Source: an uncultured Bacilli bacterium (GTDB lineage Bacteria; Bacillota_I; Bacilli_A; RF39; UBA660). From it: 44,310 nt of DNA. This document shows positions 17,089 to 26,433 of the stretch, one piece after another. Numbering within the stretch: the stretch's first letter is position 1; each line of letters begins with the position of its first letter. A program made the position numbers and the translations under genes. The DNA lies in assembly GCA_944371685.1 (NCBI GenBank), contig CALVXV010000001.1:1-44310 (forward strand), written 5' to 3'. Below the pieces are notes generated by a model. It did no database searches. It was not told the DNA's origin and saw nothing but the letters and a program-made list of their open reading frames with translations.

Positions 17089-19830
17089 ATGGATTATAAA
17101 GATACGTTATTAATGCCACAAACAGAATTTAAAATGCGTGGTAATTTAGCTGAAAATGAAGTTAAACAGCGCCAAGAATGGGATGAGATGGATTTATATA
17201 ATTTAATTAAAAATAAAAATAAAAACAATAAACCATTTATTTTACACGATGGACCACCATATGCCAATGGTAATATTCATTTAGGCCATTCTTTAAATAA
17301 AATCTTAAAAGACTTCATTAACCGTTCTAAAATGATGGAAGGATATTATGTTGAATATATTCCAGGTTGGGATACTCATGGACTACCTATTGAACAAGCT
17401 GTAACTAATAGTGGTATTGATAGAAAGAGTATGTCAGTAGCGGAATTTAGAGAATATTGCAAAGAATATGCCTTAAAACAAGTTGAAACACAAATGGATG
17501 ACTTTAAAAAATTAAATGTCATAGCTGATTGGGAACATCCATATATTACTTTAAAGCCAGAGTATGAAGCTAGACAAATTGAAGTGTTTGCTAAAATGGC
17601 AGCTAAAGGTTTGATTTTTAAGGGGTTAAAGCCAGTATATTGGTCACCAAGTAGTGAGACAGCATTAGCTGAAGCAGAGATTGAATATAAAGATAAAGTT
17701 GATCCATCAATTTATGTTGCTTTTACGGTTACTGATGGAAATGAATATGTTCAAGCAGGTGATAAATTAGTTATTTGGACAACTACACCTTGGACTTTAC
17801 CAGGTAACTTAGGTGTATGTATTGGCGAAGAATTTGATTATTCAAAGGTAAAAGTAGGGGATAATAATTATATTGTAGCCACTGAATTATTAGAAAATTT
17901 AATGCAAGAATTTGGCTTTGAAAATTATGAAAAAATTGCTACATTTAAAGGTAAAGATATTGTAGGTATTAAATATCAACATCCATTTATGGATAGAACC
18001 TCACCAGTTGTAACTGCTGATCATGTAACTTTAGATGCTGGAACTGGTTTGGTTCATACTGCACCAGCTTATGGTGAAGATGATTTTATTGCTGGTAAAA
18101 AATATAATTTAGGTATGGTCAATGGAGTTAATGATAGAGGTATTTTAACTAAAGAGTCAGGTATGTTTGAAGGTTTATCTGTGGAAGATGCCAACAAAGA
18201 AATTCCAAAATGGTTAAAGGAAAATGGCTATTTATTAAAATTAAAGAAAATTACACACTCATATCCCCATGATTGGCGAACTAAAAAACCAATTATTTTT
18301 AGAGCAACTAAGCAATGGTTTTGTAGTGTAGATAAAATTAGAGATGAAATTTTACATGAATTAGATACAAATGTGAAATTCCATACTGAGTGGGGTAAAA
18401 CTAGAATTTATAATATGATTAAAGATAGAGGAGACTGGTGTATTTCAAGACAGAGAGCTTGGGGCGTACCAATTCCAATCTTTTATAACGAAGATGGCTC
18501 AGAAATTGTCGATTATGACGTTATGATGCATGTCGCTTCCTTATTTAGAGAACATGGTTCAAATATTTGGTTTGAAAAAGATGCTAAAGACCTACTTCCA
18601 AAAGGATATACTAATCCGGCAAGTCCAAATGGTAAATTTACTAAAGAAACAGATATCATGGATGTATGGTTTGATTCAGGAACTTCTTGGGCGGGTACAC
18701 TTCTTGAAAGAAAATTACCATATCCAGCTGATGTTTATTTAGAAGGCTCTGATCAATATCGTGGATGGTTTAATTCGTCATTAATTTGTAGTATGGCTTA
18801 TAGTGGCCATAGTCCATATAAGGAATTAGTATCTGCTGGTTTTGTTCTTGATGGTAAAGGCTTTAAAATGAGTAAAAGTATTGGTAATATTGTAAGACCT
18901 ATGGATGTGGTAGGTAAACAAGGAGCTGATATTTTAAGACTTTGGGTAGCCAGTGTTGATTATACCGAAGATGTAAGATTTAGTGATGAACTATTATCGC
19001 AAGTAAAAGAAGCTTATAGAAAAATTAGAAATACTTATAGATTTATGTTAGGTAACTTATTTGACTTTAATCCAGCTAATGATAAAGTTTCTTATGATAA
19101 ATTACCTGTTGCTGATCAATATATGTTAATTGAACTTAATGATATTATTGCTAAAGTAATTAAAGAATATGATGCTTATAATTATGATGAAATTTATAAA
19201 ATTATCAATAATTATGTTAATTCACTTTCAAACTTTTATTTAGATTTTACTAAAGATATTTTATATATTGAAAAAGCTGATAGTTATGTTAGAAGAAGTG
19301 TTCAAACTGTTTTATATGAAATTTTAACTTCATTAATTAAATTGATGGCCCCAATTTTACCATACACTAGTGAAGAAGTGTATAAACTTCTTCCAGGTAA
19401 AAAAGAAAAAAGTGTTCATTTAGAAAACTTCCCAGAAGTAAAAACTTATAAAAATGAAGTTGAATTAAGAGAAATGTTTGATTTATTCTTTGGTATTAAA
19501 GATGATGTTTATAAAGCTTTGGAAGAAGCTCGTAATGATAAACTAATTGGTAAATCTCTTGAAGCTAAAGTATTCTTAAAACTAAGAGATGAGGATAAAG
19601 AAACATTGAAACCAATTCTTTCAAATTTAAAACAATTGTTTATTGTCTCAGATGTTGTTCTGACAGCTGAAGAACTTCCTAAATATGAATATGCCGGAGT
19701 TCAAGTACAAAAATTTGAAGGTGAAAGATGCGAGAGATGTTGGAATTACTTTAATGAAATTGATATAACTGATCATTTATGTCCAAGATGTCACGAAATT
19801 GTTGAAACTTTAAATAAAAAAGAAGATTAA
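17089..19830 (+). CDS. ileS: Isoleucine--tRNA ligase
   Basis: 913 aa with HIGH motif (NGNIHLGH), KMSKS and a C-terminal zinc motif CERCWNY...CPRCH. Confidence 0.95.
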   Translation: MDYKDTLLMPQTEFKMRGNLAENEVKQRQEWDEMDLYNLIKNKNKNNKPFILHDGPPYANGNIHLGHSLNKILKDFINRSKMMEGYYVEYIPGWDTHGLPIEQAVTNSGIDRKSMSVAEFREYCKEYALKQVETQMDDFKKLNVIADWEHPYITLKPEYEARQIEVFAKMAAKGLIFKGLKPVYWSPSSETALAEAEIEYKDKVDPSIYVAFTVTDGNEYVQAGDKLVIWTTTPWTLPGNLGVCIGEEFDYSKVKVGDNNYIVATELLENLMQEFGFENYEKIATFKGKDIVGIKYQHPFMDRTSPVVTADHVTLDAGTGLVHTAPAYGEDDFIAGKKYNLGMVNGVNDRGILTKESGMFEGLSVEDANKEIPKWLKENGYLLKLKKITHSYPHDWRTKKPIIFRATKQWFCSVDKIRDEILHELDTNVKFHTEWGKTRIYNMIKDRGDWCISRQRAWGVPIPIFYNEDGSEIVDYDVMMHVASLFREHGSNIWFEKDAKDLLPKGYTNPASPNGKFTKETDIMDVWFDSGTSWAGTLLERKLPYPADVYLEGSDQYRGWFNSSLICSMAYSGHSPYKELVSAGFVLDGKGFKMSKSIGNIVRPMDVVGKQGADILRLWVASVDYTEDVRFSDELLSQVKEAYRKIRNTYRFMLGNLFDFNPANDKVSYDKLPVADQYMLIELNDIIAKVIKEYDAYNYDEIYKIINNYVNSLSNFYLDFTKDILYIEKADSYVRRSVQTVLYEILTSLIKLMAPILPYTSEEVYKLLPGKKEKSVHLENFPEVKTYKNEVELREMFDLFFGIKDDVYKALEEARNDKLIGKSLEAKVFLKLRDEDKETLKPILSNLKQLFIVSDVVLTAEELPKYEYAGVQVQKFEGERCERCWNYFNEIDITDHLCPRCHEIVETLNKKED

Positions 19831-19848
19831 TTTGAATCTTCTTTTTAT
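19820..19848 (+). terminator. Rho-independent terminator of ileS
   Basis: AAGAAGATT (19820-19828) pairs with AATCTTCTT (19835-19843) and is followed by TTTAT. The hairpin overlaps the ileS stop codon. Confidence 0.7.
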
Positions 19849-19969
19849 GTATATAAGTTGGGAGTTCCCAGTATGTCATACAAAGCATGCATGTGATTAT
19901 AATGCAGCAGTTAATATAATGTTTAAAGGTTTAAAAATATATACGAAAGGATTAAAACAAGTTGTCTAA
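19847..19969 (+). pseudogene. tnpB: C-terminal relic of an IS200/IS605-type TnpB (OrfB) gene
   Basis: The 40-codon frame reads ...WEFPVCHTKHACDYNAAVNIMFKGLKIYTKGLKQVV*. This matches the TnpB C-terminal signature W.CP.CG..HDRD.NAA.NI...GL (zinc finger plus RuvC-III) in degenerate form. Everything upstream of this motif is missing, because the ileS terminator abuts it. Confidence 0.6.
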
Positions 19970-20035
19970 TAAATAAATTTTGACTTTTATCCTACAAAAA
20001 TCATAAAATTAATTTTAAAATATAGTAATAAATTA

Positions 20036-20950
20036 TTATCGTACTACATAAGGATCTGTAGGAGTTCCACTACCAGTAAGCTCAACCTTATCAGATAAAT
20101 AGACTACTGGATAAACACCAATTTCACTATTAGTCGTATAAGTAATAAGTCCAGATCCATTAAAGCCATATGCGTTATCATTAGTAGGTGTTATAGTCCA
20201 CATATAGGAATCGGTGGAATACATTATTAGTGAACTTAGCCAATTTGTACTATTACAAGACCCATAATTAGCATCATCTAACGAAACTGTACTACATCGA
20301 GTTATATCGCTATTAGTTCTTAAATATTCAGATACACTAATAGTACTTATGTATCCTGAATATATTTTTGAGTTTTCATCACCTATAATATTTTCTAGAT
20401 CATCATAGTGGCTAGTCTTTATCTTACCGTATCCAAAATTTCCTTTAACAATTTTACTTTTATCTATATCGGAAATCCAGTAGTTATAATAATCATTTGC
20501 CATTGAATAAGCGCCTGATTGAGAACCATACCCAGTCCCCACACTATCTGTTTTTAATATTTTAAGCGTTCCATTTGCTTCAACAGATATTATTCTCCAC
20601 ATTCTTCCTGCAAACACTATATAATTATTTGGATCTGTTCCTTTAAAAAAGTACCTACCATCTTCATATTCATCTTTATAAAGACCGTCACCTGAAATGA
20701 CAGTATCATGTTTTAAATCTGAAGAAGAACTGCTACCTGTACAAGTATTATAAAGTTCATCTATAGCACCTTGAACATTTGTTGAAGAAAGACCACTTTC
20801 TTTATTATCATAAGTTACATCATTACTTGGAAAATAAGTTGCAGCTGATACCCCAATTGTACTAAAAAATAAAGCTGTAGTTACAAATATAAATGCTCTG
20901 GTTTTAAATATTTTCTTAATTTTTTCCTTACCATTCTTTATTACACACAT
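20036..20950 (-). CDS. Secreted/anchored protein of unknown function (VQGAIDELY N-terminal motif; W..T/VRPxxYL-type C-terminal module)
   Basis: 304 aa with an N-terminal signal/anchor (AFIFVTTALFFSTIGVSAA). It then has YFPSNDVTYDN..SGLSSTNVQGAIDELYNTC, GRMWRIISV, ISVSEYLRTN, MWTITP...GVYPVVYLS and a terminal GSGTPTDPYVV. A paralogue of the decayed gene at 33722-34607. Confidence 0.7.
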   Translation of the reverse strand: MCVIKNGKEKIKKIFKTRAFIFVTTALFFSTIGVSAATYFPSNDVTYDNKESGLSSTNVQGAIDELYNTCTGSSSSSDLKHDTVISGDGLYKDEYEDGRYFFKGTDPNNYIVFAGRMWRIISVEANGTLKILKTDSVGTGYGSQSGAYSMANDYYNYWISDIDKSKIVKGNFGYGKIKTSHYDDLENIIGDENSKIYSGYISTISVSEYLRTNSDITRCSTVSLDDANYGSCNSTNWLSSLIMYSTDSYMWTITPTNDNAYGFNGSGLITYTTNSEIGVYPVVYLSDKVELTGSGTPTDPYVVR

Positions 20951-21056
20951 ATCATAAATCTACCTCCTATTATAATTATATCATTTTTAGTCTATTTCCC
21001 CCAGAAATATTATATTTTCCCAAATAAATGTAAAAATAATGTTGGTGAAATAGATT

Positions 21057-21494
21057 ATGATAGTGAAAAATTTAAGATATTGCAGAGAAAATTTAGAATT
21101 AAAGCAAAAGGAGATAGCTGAAATATTAGGCGTCACTTATTCGACAGTATCCGGTTGGGAAACAGGTAAGGATACAGTTCCTTTAAAAAAATTGATTGAA
21201 TTTGCCAACATTTATAATTTAAGTCTGGATTATCTTTTTGGCTTAACAAACAATAATGAAAAATATAAACCCTTAACTATTGATTTAAAAGAAGTAGGGA
21301 AGAACTTAAAAAATATTAGAATAAAGAATAAAAAAACGCAAAGCGAGATTGCGGATATATTAAATACTAGTCAATCGGCTTATGCGCATTATGAAAATGC
21401 CATCTATTTAATTCCAACTAGTTTTCTATTTAACTTAAGCAAAATTTATAAAGATTTTTCTATAGATGAAATATTAGGTAGAGAAAAAAATTAA
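21057..21494 (+). CDS. Tandem-HTH XRE-family transcriptional regulator
   Basis: 145 aa with two HTH_3 units (LKQKEIAEILGVTYSTVSGWETGK and KTQSEIADILNTSQSAYAHYENA). It is divergent from 20036..20950. Confidence 0.8.
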   Translation: MIVKNLRYCRENLELKQKEIAEILGVTYSTVSGWETGKDTVPLKKLIEFANIYNLSLDYLFGLTNNNEKYKPLTIDLKEVGKNLKNIRIKNKKTQSEIADILNTSQSAYAHYENAIYLIPTSFLFNLSKIYKDFSIDEILGREKN

Positions 21495-22183
21495 CTATTT
21501 TTATTTTTGATGAATTCTCTAAGCATTTTAGTTAATGCTCTTTTTTCTATTCTGGATACATAACTTCTGGAAATACCAAGCTCCTTTGCAATTTCTTTTT
21601 GAGTTATTTCGTCTTTTCCATCCAAACCATATCTTTTAATAATTATTTCTTTTTCTCGATCAGTTAAAACTTTAAAGTATTTTTTTAGCAACTTAATATT
21701 ATCTTGAATATGTATATCTAAAGCAAAATCTGGTTTATCAGTTTTTAGTATATCTAAAAAAGTAATGGCATTTCCTTCTTTATCAAAGCCAATCGGTTCA
21801 TCAATACTAATATTTTTATTATTTTTCTTATCTGACCTAAAAAACATTAGAATTTCATTTTCAATACATCTGGCACAGTAAGTGGTAAGTCTCGTTTTAT
21901 GTTTAAAAGAGTAGCTATCTACGCCTTTAATTAAACCAATAGTGCCTATACTAATTAAATCATCACTCATTTCAGAGCCATGGTCATATTTTTTAACAAT
22001 ATGAGCAACTAATCTAAGATTATGTTCAATAAGTTTTGCTCTCGCATTTTGATCACCCATATTCGCAAGTTTAATGTATTTTTCTTCATCTTCTTTAGAT
22101 AAAGGATCAGGAAATACATTATTAGAATAAGAAGCTGTAAAAAGATAAAAGTCTTTAAATAGCTTTTTTAGAAATTCAAACAT
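21491..22183 (-). CDS. sigK: Sporulation sigma factor SigK (pro-sigma-K, uninterrupted)
   Basis: 230 aa with near-identical blocks to Bacillus SigK: FP.PLS..EE.KY, LIEHNLRLVAHIVKKY, DLISIGTIGLIKG, ARCIENEILM, GISRSYVSRIEKRAL. About 18 residues precede YSNNVFPDPL, consistent with a pro-sequence. RBS AGAGGTG. Confidence 0.85.
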   Translation of the reverse strand: MFEFLKKLFKDFYLFTASYSNNVFPDPLSKEDEEKYIKLANMGDQNARAKLIEHNLRLVAHIVKKYDHGSEMSDDLISIGTIGLIKGVDSYSFKHKTRLTTYCARCIENEILMFFRSDKKNNKNISIDEPIGFDKEGNAITFLDILKTDKPDFALDIHIQDNIKLLKKYFKVLTDREKEIIIKRYGLDGKDEITQKEIAKELGISRSYVSRIEKRALTKMLREFIKNKNS

Positions 22184-22459
22184 TAAATCACACCTCTAAT
22201 TAAAATATATGTGATAAGAATGTAAAAAATAATAAAGTTGCTGACATGAAAAAAATAATTTCATACATTTTCTTTTATTATATTCAAAAATTAAAACACG
22301 TTAGAAGAATAAACCTCTAACATATTTTTGCAATAAAATCTAATTTAAAGAAGATGTATCACATGAGATTATAAAAAGAAAGTAAATATAGGGAAAAAAG
22401 AAAAAATATAGTATAATTATATTGATCAAATCTTTTTATATTTGAAAGGAAGTGCTATT

Positions 22460-23941
22460 ATGAAACAAAATAACCTCCGTACTTATAGACGAAGAAACGT
22501 AACTAGGAAAAGTGGGTTTCATACTTGCGATGAAACAACAGGTAGTGAATGTATAATTGTAAATGCAGAAAAATTTATGTCATCTGATAATAAAGAAGTT
22601 TTTATATTTAAAAGAGACAATCTACAATTAGTGAATTTATTCAAAAGTAATTTAGGAATTTTATGTTTTGGAGGATATTTGTTTATTAACAAAAAAGTAA
22701 ATATTTGTTTTGACATTCAATACGATTACAATAATAAACATTATACTACATTAATAGAAAATAAAACATCAATAGATAAAAATGATTGGAATAATATCGG
22801 TTTTCATATAGAAATTCCTTTAACGGGAGATAATATTTTAAAAAATGTTATAGTTAAAATGACTATAGAATCAAATGAAGGTAATTTTGAAGCTGAATTT
22901 GTAAGTTTTGATTTTGACTCTTTAAACAAAAAAGAGTTTACTGATAAAACATTTGAAAAAAGTTTTCATCAGAAAACTAATATGTGTATACCATATTTAT
23001 ATTATTTAAATACAGAATATTCAATAAATAAATATTTAATATCTGATCAATTATTTTCTATAGGCCAATATGTTGTTTTAAAAAGTTGTAATAGATGTGG
23101 AAGATTTTTACCAATTAATATTTATAACGAAATAAATACTTTAAGTTTTTCGTTGCACTGCAAAAAATTAGCACCTTGTAATCATTCGGCTTTTAGATCA
23201 TATACTATTCAAAATAATTGTGATCAAGAAGAAATTGTTAAATCTGGAATTAATATAGAAGATGGTAAGGTAATTTCTTATTATGGTCATCAATTAGAGT
23301 GTAAAGCATGTAAAAAGTTTTTTGTTAATATGCCACTAAATCCACAAAGAAATGCACAACAATTTAAAGAAGATGGATTGAGACGTAGAGCCATTGAAGT
23401 TTTGATTAATAATTTGTTGAAAAAAAATTTAATTCATTTTGAATTTGAAAGAAAAAATAAAAGTGAGTTTTCAAAATATATTTGGGATAAGTTTAATCAT
23501 AAATGTTTTAAGTGCAAAAAAGATTTGCAATTATCTGAAATGAATTTAGATCATACAATGCCACTTGCTTATTTATATAGATTAGATGAGACTGCCACTT
23601 GTTTATGTGCTAGTCACAATTCTCAAAAAAGTGACCATTTCCCAGTAGATTATTATACAGAAGATGAATTATTAGAATTAAGTAAAATAACTGGTTTAAG
23701 TTTAGAAAAATTACATAGTCGAGAGATAAATAATCAAGTTTTGCAACTTCTTGTAGATAATATAGTTTGGTTTTATGATGATTTTTTAATGAATCCAGAT
23801 TATCAAAAAGTTAGAGATGGAATATTAACAGCCGATAAAATTAATGATTCATTAAAGAGAGTTATAAAAGGTAAAGTCGATTTAGCCGAAGAATATAAAA
23901 AAGTAACAGGACATTATCCTAATTCTGTTACAATAATCTAA
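22460..23941 (+). CDS. HNH-family endonuclease with multiple CxxC zinc-ribbon motifs (putative restriction endonuclease)
   Basis: 493 aa from ATG 22460 (RBS AGGAAG); the track start 22442 is TTG. It has CNRCGRF, CKACKKF and an HNH core CFKCKK...LDHTMPL...CLCASHNSQKSD (nt about 23503-23640). It is convergent with the methyltransferase, 7 nt apart. Confidence 0.65.
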   Translation: MKQNNLRTYRRRNVTRKSGFHTCDETTGSECIIVNAEKFMSSDNKEVFIFKRDNLQLVNLFKSNLGILCFGGYLFINKKVNICFDIQYDYNNKHYTTLIENKTSIDKNDWNNIGFHIEIPLTGDNILKNVIVKMTIESNEGNFEAEFVSFDFDSLNKKEFTDKTFEKSFHQKTNMCIPYLYYLNTEYSINKYLISDQLFSIGQYVVLKSCNRCGRFLPINIYNEINTLSFSLHCKKLAPCNHSAFRSYTIQNNCDQEEIVKSGINIEDGKVISYYGHQLECKACKKFFVNMPLNPQRNAQQFKEDGLRRRAIEVLINNLLKKNLIHFEFERKNKSEFSKYIWDKFNHKCFKCKKDLQLSEMNLDHTMPLAYLYRLDETATCLCASHNSQKSDHFPVDYYTEDELLELSKITGLSLEKLHSREINNQVLQLLVDNIVWFYDDFLMNPDYQKVRDGILTADKINDSLKRVIKGKVDLAEEYKKVTGHYPNSVTII

Positions 23942-23948
23942 AAAAGTA

Positions 23949-26366
23949 CTATTTTGTACTCTTTTTAATTAAAAATAAAAATTCATGTTCTATTGTATTA
24001 CCCTTATCTTTGATTCCATGTTTTTCTATGTTGGAAACAGTTTCCGAACCATAATATACCGTATTAAAATATTTTGAAGAATATTTTTGCAATTCTTCTG
24101 CCATATCTATTTTGGGAGTTTTTCCTAAATGTAATATAACTTTTCCGTTTTCTTTCAAAACTCTATTACACATTTCAAAAAATGAAGCATATATACTAAA
24201 ATCCTTTTTTTGTTTAGAATCTAAAAATAACTTGTCAGCATTTTTAAAATCTTCATTATTCCAACCACATAACCATAATCTCATCCAATTTTGCATATAG
24301 AATCTTATAGAATCTGCAAATGGAGGAGAACATATAATTACATCGACCGAATTGTCCAAATCTTTAATATCTGAATAATCTCCATATATAGAATAACCTT
24401 TAATATAATCATTAAAATCATTAATTTTATATGAGCTCTCTATTTTTTCTTTAATATGTTCTATTACATTTTTATAAATGAATTCTCCTTTTGGGGCATA
24501 TGGAGTTAAAGGATGTGAAGTCCTTGATAGTGCATAAGGTCTATTGCCATGTAACACATGTAAAAATGCCGAAAAGATCAACGCTTCTGGAGATGATAGT
24601 TTAGTAATTCTATTTACAAAATAATCTCTAGCGCATATTATTTCTCTGAATGTTTCTTCGTGAAAATATTCTTTTAATGTTTTATTAAAACCAAAATCTT
24701 TATTAGCTTCAATTAATTTATCTATTTTTTCAGTATTTTTGTTTTTTAAAATATATTTTTCTAATTTTGATAATTCAACTTTTACATCGTCATATCTAGG
24801 CTTCTCTAACTTGGCTTTAGTCACTATAAATGCCATTTCACTTAAATCATTACCAATACCAATTCTACCTTGCAAACATGCTTCAAATGGAATTGTACCA
24901 ACACCTGCTAATGGATCTAAAATGACATCTCCTTTGTTAGTAAAATTTTTAACCAAAAAATGTGCAATCGCCGGTTTTAATTTTCCATGATACGAGCACA
25001 ATGAATGCCAAGGATGTCCCCAGTTTCTTCCAGAATATTCTTTTTGTTTATATGGTAATGTCATCATAAATTTTTTTGCATCTTTATAGTATTTTTCAGA
25101 TATTTTTGTGTATTCATTATTTGAAAGATTTAAACTTAACTGTTGTTTGTTTTCCTTATTTAATTTGAACTTTAAAATTCTTTGAGATAAAGTCATATTA
25201 TTTTTTGATCTTCTTTCTCTTAAAATTATTTCATCATATTTTATAAAACCATTTATTTCACATATTTTAGTTAGTATTTCATGTGTAGGAATATGAACAC
25301 CAGCAAACTGTGAATCTCCTATATCCATGATAAAAATCCCACCATTTTTCATTGCTTTTGCAAGTTTTTTGATAACTTTATCCATATCGTTAAAATATCC
25401 AATAACCATTTTTATAATTCTTGAATCATATACTACAGGTTCTAGCTCTTTTATATATTTGTCAATAAACGATATTTCATTAATAAAAGTTTTTCTTTTA
25501 GATACATTATTTATACCTGAAATTATTCCTTTTGAGTGAAATTTAGGTAAATCTTTTTCTGAATTAATAAAATCATTTAATTTTAATTCAAGTTTTGTAT
25601 TTCTCATATAATTAGTTCCATTTAAATATGGTGGGGATGTAATTACACAATCTATTATATCTTCAAGAGTTATATCTCTTGCATCTTCGCTAGCTTTCAT
25701 GGAATAACATTTAATTGAATCTCCATAATTTATAATATCGTTTATTATAATATCTAATTTATTCAAAAACTGTTCTTTTACATTGTAATTCTTTTTGTTT
25801 TTTTCTTTTTCGTTAATATATCTTAAATCACCATTTCGAATTGTATTTGAAACTGGAACGATTATAGATGATAATGCAACCATTAAGATTTTTTTACTAT
25901 TATTTTCTTTAACATCACTTATCAAAGATTTGATTTTTAATATATAGTACAATACATCTTGATTAAAATATTTTTCAAAACCATCCCATGTAATTTTTTC
26001 ATTATTATATTCAAATAAAGTTGATTCAACTATATTATAAATTTTTTTTAAGTATTTAACACCAATATTTTTTTCAATTAAATTTTTAACACAGTTAATT
26101 TTGGCCTCTATAACCATTTGCATAAATGGATTTGATTCACTGTAATAAGAATTTATATTATATTGTGAACTAACTAAAGATGTTGTACCAGTTCCGCAAA
26201 AAGGATCATAAATATAATTAATATTTATATCTTTTAATTCATCTAATTCATTTGATACTAAGCAAGAAGAATATCCTTCTATATATTTATACCAATTATG
26301 TATTGGTTCTAATTTATTAAGTTGGAATGTACCAGCCTTTTTCTTTTTACAAGCCTCCATTTGCAC
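23949..26366 (-). CDS. Large DNA methyltransferase with two tandem N4/N6-type modules
   Basis: 805 aa. Module 1 has DPFCGTGTT (aa 54-62) and TSPPY (aa 243-247). Module 2 has DPLAGVGT (aa 484-491, followed by ...GRIGIGNDL) and CSPPF (aa 679-683). The track start is GTG 26366; ATG at 26360 lies 9 nt after GGAG. Confidence 0.75.
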   Translation of the reverse strand: MQMEACKKKKAGTFQLNKLEPIHNWYKYIEGYSSCLVSNELDELKDININYIYDPFCGTGTTSLVSSQYNINSYYSESNPFMQMVIEAKINCVKNLIEKNIGVKYLKKIYNIVESTLFEYNNEKITWDGFEKYFNQDVLYYILKIKSLISDVKENNSKKILMVALSSIIVPVSNTIRNGDLRYINEKEKNKKNYNVKEQFLNKLDIIINDIINYGDSIKCYSMKASEDARDITLEDIIDCVITSPPYLNGTNYMRNTKLELKLNDFINSEKDLPKFHSKGIISGINNVSKRKTFINEISFIDKYIKELEPVVYDSRIIKMVIGYFNDMDKVIKKLAKAMKNGGIFIMDIGDSQFAGVHIPTHEILTKICEINGFIKYDEIILRERRSKNNMTLSQRILKFKLNKENKQQLSLNLSNNEYTKISEKYYKDAKKFMMTLPYKQKEYSGRNWGHPWHSLCSYHGKLKPAIAHFLVKNFTNKGDVILDPLAGVGTIPFEACLQGRIGIGNDLSEMAFIVTKAKLEKPRYDDVKVELSKLEKYILKNKNTEKIDKLIEANKDFGFNKTLKEYFHEETFREIICARDYFVNRITKLSSPEALIFSAFLHVLHGNRPYALSRTSHPLTPYAPKGEFIYKNVIEHIKEKIESSYKINDFNDYIKGYSIYGDYSDIKDLDNSVDVIICSPPFADSIRFYMQNWMRLWLCGWNNEDFKNADKLFLDSKQKKDFSIYASFFEMCNRVLKENGKVILHLGKTPKIDMAEELQKYSSKYFNTVYYGSETVSNIEKHGIKDKGNTIEHEFLFLIKKSTK

Positions 26367-26433
26367 TATCTCCTTTATTTTAACCTTAAAAATCGATTTT
26401 TCTTTTTATTATAATATATTGAAAAAGTCGTTT

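Noticed and set aside
21491-22183. Possibility that sigK is split by a skin-like element, as in B. subtilis and C. difficile.
   Set aside because: The ORF is continuous through regions 1.2 to 4.2 with all conserved blocks in one frame. No recombinase gene or element is inserted.
22262-22269. CATACATT on the plus strand between sigK and the HNH endonuclease gene, resembling a sigma-E/sigma-K -10 box.
   Set aside because: There is no convincing -35 partner at the right spacing. It is about 190 nt from the endonuclease start, and such octamers are expected by chance in DNA this AT-rich.
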